This document shows, one piece after another, positions 55,624 to 64,000 of a stretch of DNA of 64,000 nucleotides (within the stretch, counting starts at the first letter, position 1; every line of letters starts with the position of its first letter). The translations under genes and the position numbers were made by a program. The notes below the pieces were generated by a model. That model made no database searches. It saw only the letters and a program-made list of their open reading frames with translations, and was not told the origin of the DNA. The DNA is from Octopus vulgaris (Eukaryota). The stretch lies in NCBI GenBank assembly GCA_951406725.2, contig OX597822.1, positions 49,414,001 to 49,478,000 of the forward strand, read 5' to 3'.

Positions 55624-55985
55624 GCTGGGGCACCATCTTGAACTTTTAACCGAATGAATCAATTCCAGTACGTGTTTTAAGCCTGACACTATTTATACTG
55701 AACCGCTAGGTTACGGGGACGTAAATGCACCAACACCGATTATCAAGTCTTGGGGGGGGGTACAAACACAGACACAAACACACACAAACACACAGACACA
55801 CATACGCATACATACACATATATACGATGGGCTTCTTTCAGTTTCCGTCTACCATATCCACTCACAAGGATTAGGTCATCCCGAGGCTTTACTAGAAGAC
55901 ACTTGCCCAAGGTGCCACACAGTGGGGCTGAATCAGGAACAATGTCGTTGGGAAGCAAGCTTCTTACCACACATCCAAGCCTATG
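55624..55985 (-). mobile_element. Diverged SINE-A
   Basis: CTTCTTTCAGTTTCCGTCTACC...GACACTTGCCCAAGGTGCCAC. Confidence 0.8.
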
Positions 55986-57990
55986 GTGATTACCTCATTT
56001 CGTCAGAAGATAACCGTTCACATTCACCCTGATTGTTTTATTTATTTCTTAAAAGTTTAATTCATTCTCTAAGACTTCAGATATACTCTTTGAAACCAAA
56101 GTTTTTTCCATGGGCCTCCGTATATGGACTCTAATGTATAAGGGGTCCACTTGCCATCAGGAACTCTGGCAACCATGTCAGTCCACCACTATTAGTGGTT
56201 CCCATATAAAATTTAACAGTGTATTCTCCTTCAAACTAAACGCTGATATGAAGTGCAAGGTTGTTTGATGTTTTGAAGTGCATTCAAAATTTTAGTAATT
56301 GTAATTTCGGTAGCTTATGTATTATCTTTGTTCAGTTTTGGTGTGTATTTATGAATAAAATACTCTTATTTGGTTTTTCACAAATGTCCATTTTCCGTAT
56401 ATATATTTAAAAATTGGAATATTTTGAATTTTCTTTTGTCATATTTTTCAAAATATTCACTACATGTGTTTTAAATGGAGTGTCCATGAATTCGTTGCTA
56501 AAGTATCCTTATTCTCTCATATAATTCAATGCCCTTTTCTCCAATGGAGTGTTCTTAGCATTATGGGTAATGTTTCCTATTTAAATTTATTTAAAAAATA
56601 TTTTCGCAACGAGGGTCACCATATTTTTGTATTATCTTTGTTGCTTCTTTTGTTGTAAATCTTGTTTTAGTTAAAAACTTTTTCAGGCTGGGTACTTGGG
56701 ACCCGCTGATAAATTATTTCTGATTCTGTTATTATTTTGTTTATTTTCGAGGACTGTTGAAGAATTGGTAGGTAACTTTACTATTATTGAAAATGTCGTG
56801 GTTTCTTGAGTTGTGGGTAATGACAAAGGTAATTAATGTTTCTGTTCATTTCTATTTTTATGTGTTTTTCTTCTGAGTTCTGTGGTTAAGATATTTTTCG
56901 ATTTAATAATAACGAAATAGTGAGTGTATGTTCGTAGTTCAACAGCATTAACTACACACACACACATACACACACATATATATATTACAAGAATTCCTGG
57001 AATAAGTGGTACCAATTTAATTCTGTTAGTTAAACACAGAATTAAAATGGCACTACGTATTCCAGTCTTTTTGTCTTAATATCTATTTAGTCTACCAACC
57101 TTATAATTCACCAGAAATTTCAACTTACATGTATGATATGATTTTATATAAACGATATACATCAATTCTAAAAGAGAACACCTGCTCTTGGATAATTTTG
57201 AGTTACTCATTTCAAAACAATTGAAAAATTGTAGAAATGCTTCTTACATTAAAGACACTGAATGCTATTTACAGCTTTCTAGATTTTCATCAAAACTAGA
57301 TAGATTCACCGCGATTGAAATCGAAGAGAAGAATATAGCGTGTCGATACTTGTTAAACTTTTCCTACTGTACAACTCGACAGTCATTCATTTTCACTTTT
57401 CTTGTTTAATGTGGATAGCGATTTCTTTTTGTTATAATTTCAAATCTTGTCTTGTTGGAAACAATTGAAATGAGAATATGTTAACTGAAATGAGACTATT
57501 GTTCTAAGAGAAATGTAAATTTGTTTCCCCGCGCAGCAGTAGTAATCTATGTTTAGTTAAATGGTTGAGCTTATTCCAAGCAAGCAATGCTGTAATAAAA
57601 TAAAACGTCGAATTGACTATATGTATAACTGAGTCATTTACACACGTTTGTATAGCCTATATGCAATTATCTTTTTCTATTCTATAGCAGGAAATCTTTG
57701 CCAAATTTCCTTAATACTCAATTAGAAAAAGCGAGTTAGAAATGAGCGGAAAAGTAGTGAATACTTCAAGGTTAAATAGTAAAAAAATGAATAAACATCC
57801 GAGAGAATCCAACTAAATTACTTCTCTATCTGTAATTGGAGTTTTCATGTTGATTCTGTAATACTATTGGTGATAAATGTAGAGATAAAGATGTGACTTA
57901 TCTTCAAAGTTTTCAGGCTATGACACAAGGACATGAATATCTAAACGATATTTCCTACACAATCAAATAGATTGCTATTCTCAACACAAG

Positions 57991-58051
<61 letters not shown>

Positions 58052-59219
58052 GGACCGAGAAGATACATAGTAAATAGGTTGGATAACTAGAATTAGAGTT
58101 TTCAAAAGAAGTGAGTTGGTAATACAAATCATCACAAATCAAATTAGGGAACGTTCTGCCTCTCTTCATGAAATTCAATTCAGTTTTATTGCTAGCGGTG
58201 TTTCCATGTTTTTATGTGTGGAGCGTGAAAGATATGGCAGCATGTCTCGGGGTTCAGCCATAAAAAAAATCATTGGAAAGATTAAATAGGTTTTTAAAGT
58301 TTTTATGGAATAAATATCGTTTATTTATACAACACACAAGTTTATTCAGTACTAAATACTCCGTTACTTGACTATTTATTATTTATCTCGAATGTGCTGG
58401 CAGCCAAACAGTTATGAGAAGATGCTACTCAAGTGTCTCAGCGTCGTTTTGAACGAATTGCAGTTGGAATTGTAAATTACTAATAAATACACGGTGGTAA
58501 TTCTTTCATAGTATAAAATAACACGTTCTTTTAACAGTGATTGTATTATATGCTCGAACAATTGAATTCATTCTCTCTTTGCATTAACGGGTAAGGGCCT
58601 GAGTTTTCCACACACATACATACCTAACATAAATCTGAAGGAAGAACTGGGTGACGTAATGCGTGAGAAGACAACCTTTGAATTTCACGTTCAGTCCCCC
58701 CACTATGTTTCTACATAATTCTCCTGTATTCAGTTTCATTCAGCTCGTCTCACTTCTAAAATATGATTAAATTCACTTGCCCAAGATTCTGAAATTTCAT
58801 GATTGTAAAATGTATTTATTTCTTAGCCATTCAAAGATGGCTGTTCTCTTACTTTCATAGTACATTAACACGAACACACATTGATCTGATGCACACATTT
58901 TCAAAAAGTTTGTCATTGATTGCTTCAACCTGGAAAGGATTAAAGACTAACTGATCTTAATTGGCTTAGAACTAAGAAACTAAAGGGACGTGATTAAATT
59001 TCGTGACACTTCGTTCTGCGTCCTATCGATTCTGCTAATTGATCTCCCTTGTACACAATTGCTAAACTTAGCCCTCTTTTCTTAACAGGATGAGAAACGA
59101 CAAAACAAATTAGAATTTCTTCGGTCGGCTAAACCCTGGGTAGCTGTATTTCACAAAGTTTTACGTTTTTTATAATAATAATAATAATAGCAGCAACAAC
59201 AACAACAACAACAATAATG

Positions 59220-59271
<52 letters not shown>

Positions 59272-59329
59272 GGAGGAGGAGGAGGAGATGAAGAAGAAGA
59301 AGAAGAAAAAGAACACGTAAATTAATGAC

Positions 59330-60262
59330 AATGAACAAGGAACTGGACCCCAAAATTGATGAGGAAGACGGAGATTGGTATGTCGTGAAGGCTGTGTTAG
59401 GGATGAGGAGAATAGTCTGGTTTGGTATGTCAAGGGGAGTAAAGAAGAAATGATTGAAGTAGTGAAAATGCAGGGAACCTTAAAAGTGAACGAAGCCGTA
59501 GATTCGGTACAATTTAAGAAAGACCAGACAGAGTAGATGAAAAAAATTTGGCAGGACAAGAAAATGCACTGTCAATTCTTGAAGAATAAAGAGGAGATTG
59601 ATTGGAATAGAACCTGGTAATGGCTGTAGAAAGGAGACTTAAAAGGGCTCACTGAGGCATTAGTGTGCAGCGCTCAAGAACAAGCTCTCAGAACAAACGG
59701 CTCGACATATCACATTGATAAAAGCACTGATTCGCCACAGTGTAGGTTGTGCTGTGAGAAGGGAGAAAGTAGAAACCATATTGTTAGTGAGTTCTGTAAG
59801 CTAGCACAACGCGAATGCAAAAGGAGACACGGCAATGTTGCTAGATATGTCCACTGGCTGTTGTGCGGTAAAGCAAACTGGAGGGAACCGAACAATGGTA
59901 TGAACACAAGCCAAAGGGAATAGAGGAAAACGAACATTACAAAATACTCTGAGATTTTAACACACAGTGCGGCCAAGTCATACAAGCGAGGCGGCCTGAT
60001 ATTGGGATCATCCATAAAGATGAAAAAGTTGCAAAGATAATAGATGCTGCAATAACAGGCAATTCGAGGGTAAAATGTAAGGAAAAGAAAAGACTGAGAA
60101 ATACCAGCCACTGCGGGACGAGATAGGAAAGTTATGGGGCACGGGGTAAGTAATGGTGGTGATGGAGCATTAGGTGCAGTTTCCAAGAGCTTTGAAAAAC
60201 ATATTAAGAATTGATCCAGAAGACAACATTGATGGCTACAGCACGCATTCTAAGGAGAGGGT
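59330..60262 (+). mobile_element. R4/Dong-like (RLE) LINE 3' fragment 1
   Basis: AQEQALRTN..CRLC..GES..HIVS..C..LAQ..RRH..VA..VHW (CCHC finger and RH motif), then RRPDI (restriction-like endonuclease). Flanked by (TAA)n. Confidence 0.8.
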
Positions 60263-60277
60263 AACAACAACAACAAC

Positions 60278-60343
<66 letters not shown>

Positions 60344-60367
60344 GTAGTAGTAATAATATTAATAATA

Positions 60368-60779
60368 ATAAAGTATAGAGATCTTGAAATAGAAATTAGC
60401 AAAATGTGGAACCTGAAGACTAAAACAAGACCTGTTGTCATAGGTGCCCTGGGAATGATAGCAAAGGGGGCTGATTGCTACCTAGCTCAGACACCAGGAA
60501 ACCCCAAAATGGCAGAAATTCAAAAGATAGTATTCATGGGAACTGCCCATATCCTACGCAAAATATTTTCTATGTAATCTCAAGTTTATAACAAACATAA
60601 TTTTCTCATGGTTTCTTAAACATTCTCTAGAACAACTCTATGTACAAAACCAAATATATGGCACCCTAGACACAATACCATATAACTTGCACTAACATGA
60701 ACATCTAACTTGTCTCTTGAGGCCTCTGGGTGAGACTTGGAGCTAACTTGTACAAATGTAAAGCAAAAGTCAAACATAA

Positions 60780-60780
<1 letters not shown>
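60368..60780 (+). mobile_element. R4/Dong-like LINE 3' fragment 2
   Basis: KYRDLEIEISKMWNLKTKTRPVVIGALGMI..., then a 3' UTR ending in (TAA)n. Confidence 0.75.
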
Positions 60781-60850
<70 letters not shown>

Positions 60851-60879
60851 CAACATCTGACAAATACAAAAAGAAGTCA

Positions 60880-61828
60880 TAGTATCTAACAACTATGAAG
60901 GAAAAGAAGAAACAACAAAAGACGTAAAACAGATGAAATTCAAACAAGAACTGGAACAGCAACGGACCATGATGAAACGATAGCAAGAAAATCTCCTTCA
61001 AGGCAAATATTGGATTAAACTAAACAGAAAATAAATAGACAAAGCAAAATCCCAACAATGGCTGAAAAGTTCAGGACTCAAAGAAGAGAAAAAAGTATTT
61101 GTAGTTGTGGAACAAGACCAAAGCCTTACCACCAGAAATTACCAAAAAACATGTTATGAAAAGAAATAGAAGTAACTGCAGAATATGTGGTGATGAAGAA
61201 GGAACAATAAATCGATTTATGTCTCGTTGTCCAGTCATGGCTGTAAAGGAATATACTCAAAGACACGACAGAGTTGGGACCTATATACACTGGAAGCTAT
61301 GCTAATACTATGGAATAACAACAGAAAAAAGATGGTGTATGCACACACCAGAAAAGGTCACAGAAAAAAAGAAAGCAACCATACCAAAACGCACAGATAG
61401 AGAAATTAAAGCCAATAAGCCGGATATAGTTGTCAAAGATCAGCAAGAAAAAATCTACTTTCTAATCGATGTATCAATACCAACAAATGGCAATGTTTCT
61501 CTAAAAGAAATGGAGAGACTTTCAAGATACAAAGATCTGGAAATAGAGGTAACTCGAATGCGGAGTCTAAAAACAAACAATTCTTATCATAGTAGGCGCA
61601 TTAGGTATGATAAAAAATTCAGTCAAATACATAACAAAAACACCAGCACTAAGAAGTATATATAACGTACAGAAAATTGCACTACCAGGCACTGCACACG
61701 TCCTACATAAAACACCTTCAATATAGTAAAAATAAGAGCATCACAACAAACCACAGCACATACCCAAGGTACACAGAGCTGCGTTCCGTAGTGCAGTGAA
61801 AGCACGTGATAAAAATAAGACTCCTGAA
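60880..61828 (+). mobile_element. R4/Dong-like LINE 3' fragment 3
   Basis: CRICGDEEGTINRFMSRC..YTQRHDRV..IHWKLC and NKPDIVVKD..LIDVSIP..KE...SRYKDLEIE. Ends in a short ATAATA run. Confidence 0.8.
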
Positions 61829-61960
61829 TAATAAAAATAATATGTCTAAGTACATATTTGTGTGTGTAGTGGGTAGGTAAACTTTTTCCTGCTAAGAACA
61901 ATAGTTTTCATAACGTAGCCATAAACCTTCTGTGAAGTTACCGCATTTGTCACTGACATA

Positions 61961-63221
61961 CAGGGGTTGGATAAAATAATGGAAACACCTAGCATCATAA
62001 CATCATAATTTTGATATATCTATAAAACTGTCAAAAGCTCGTTTATTTTCCTGTTTTTTAAAATTTATTATTAGTGTTGCTTCATACGTTTTGCTAAAAT
62101 TGCTACTCCTTTTCAGATATCATCAGAAAAAAGGTAATTAAAATTCATTAATATGACAGATCTATCGGATTTTCAAAGAGGACAAATTGTTGGTGCTCGT
62201 ATGGCAGGCGCTAGTGTAACGAAAGCAGCCGAAATATTTGGTGTATCAAGAAATACTGTCTCGAAAGTAATGACAGCTTTGGGAAGGAAGGAAAAAAATC
62301 CTCGTTGAAACAAAACTCCGGAAGAAAGCCAAAACTTTCAGATAGGGGCCGGCAGGTGCTTACGCGAATTGTTAGAAAGGATCACAAAATTACAGCTCCC
62401 AAAATTACCGCAGAAGTTCATGACCTCCTCGAGAACCGGGTTTCCACAAAAAACTGTTCGCCGGGAGCTGCACAAAGCCGGATTTGACGGGAGGGATGCA
62501 ATCAGAAAACCACAAATTTCAAAAACAAACGTTTCTAAGCATTTAGAGTGGAGTAAAAACAAACAGAATTGGTCCCTAGAGCGGTGGAAGGATATTATTT
62601 TCTCGGACGAGTCATCATTCACCTTATTTCCGACAACCGGCCGAGTATACGTATGGAGACAGCCAAAAGAAGCATTTGATCCAGACTGACTTCTTCCGAC
62701 TGTTAAAAATGGAGGAGAATCTTTGATGATCTTGGGGTTTATATCTTAGAAATTCGCCGCCCCAATGGTTTCCCTTCATGGCAGAATTAATAGTCAAGAC
62801 TAGTTAAGCAGTTTTTCTAAGGGAATTCATCCTATGTTTGCAGAACTGTTTCCGGAGGGAAACGCAATCTTTCAGGATGATAATGCCCCAATTCACACAG
62901 CTAAATTTGTTACTGAATGGAACGAGGAACATTCTAGTGAAGTTGAACATCTTATCTGGCCACCACAGTCCCTCGATATCAATATTATTGAAAATTTATG
63001 GTGCCTTTTAGAAAAACAAGTAAGGTGTCGATATCCTCCACCATCATCACTACAAGAGCTGGAGACCTTTTTAGCTAAAGAATGGACAAAAATTCCTTTG
63101 GACACAATTCAAACTTTGTACGAGTCTATAGTTCGTAGAATTCAAGCTGTAATTACTGCCAAAAGTGGTCCTACTCCATATTAAAATAAATTTGTGTTTC
63201 CATTGTTTTGTCCAGCCCCTA
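61961..63221 (+). mobile_element. Full-length Tc1-like DNA transposon (DD36E) with 28-bp TIRs and TA TSD
   Basis: TIR CAGGGGTTGGATAAAATAATGGAAACAC at 61961-61988 and its inverse at 63194-63221. TA on both sides. Confidence 0.92.
62153..63184 (+). pseudogene. Tc1 transposase pseudogene
   Basis: MTDLSDFQRGQIVG...SGRKPKL...IFSDES...FQDDNAPIH...WPPQSLDINIIENLW. Contains frameshifts and stops. Confidence 0.9.
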
Positions 63222-63462
63222 TAAATCTGAGAAACAGAAATCATTTCTGATTGTGGAACAATCGAGAACTTTTAGGATGGCTTTATCCTGTTGTGATATG
63301 TGACATTGTTGCGTAAAGACGATTATTAGCAACCAGAAATATATAATTAATTATTGGCTTACATTTAAGTAACCTCGGTCACTTTGTATTGAATTTAAAG
63401 ATGTAATTATGGTCATTAAAAACATAGCTGACATCGTTATTTCTTGCAAACTCTTTGGACAG

Positions 63463-63577
<115 letters not shown>

Positions 63578-63779
63578 CGTCTGTCTGCCTGCCTGTCTAT
63601 TTATTTAACTATCTATGCAATCACCCTCCCCACCAAAAAACAGGTACAAAACCACAAACATCAATTAAACGTACACATTGGGGGAGAATGGAAGGAGTGG
63701 AAGGAGAAAACGTCGTAGTAGAGGTAGGTGTCAGTTTCTTTGAAGAAGTGGTGAGAGAGCGATAGAGGGGATCAATAGA

Positions 63780-64000
63780 GAAAGAGAGAAAGAAACATAG
63801 ACAGGGATATCCAGAATGTTGACAGAGTTGCCAGAGGTGACAGAAGTGAATGCAAGAAAGGGATTAAAGGTAGAAATGAAAGAGATGGAATTATTGAGTT
63901 TTTCACGGGGGAAAGAGATCGCGCCAATACAGTTGTCTATATACCGACAGTATAGTTCTGGGTTCGGTCTGGTAAACGAAGAGGATTTGGACCTCGACAT
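63780..64000 (-). mobile_element. Penelope-like RT fragment (runs off the window)
   Basis: PELYCRYIDNCIG...FISTFNP.LAFT......VNILDI, homologous to the fragment at 4364-4770. Confidence 0.7.

Overview
AT-rich, microsatellite-dense eukaryotic intergenic or intronic DNA made almost entirely of transposable elements. The tRNA-derived SINE families resemble those I recall from octopus (inference). I found no convincing host exon; nearly all short ORFs are microsatellite artefacts or decayed TE fragments. The main feature is a full-length L1/Tx1-clade LINE (47924-53359; intact 1133-aa APE-RT ORF2) inserted with a 16-bp TSD between the A and B boxes of a tRNA-derived SINE ('SINE-A'). The last ~60 nt of this LINE match the 3' tail of a second SINE family ('SINE-B'). 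SINE-B copies with this tail form 184-bp head-to-tail arrays that always join at one site inside the SINE-B head. Together these suggest a Tx1 LINE/SINE system that targets SINE heads, including its own. Also present: Penelope-like remnants with several minimal or variant hammerhead-ribozyme-like motifs, a head-to-tail Helitron dimer, a DD36E Tc1 element, stacked R4/Dong-like LINE fragments in (TAA)n, and RTE, mariner, pogo/Tigger and Gypsy remnants. Coordinates were counted by eye, and boundaries of decayed elements are approximate.
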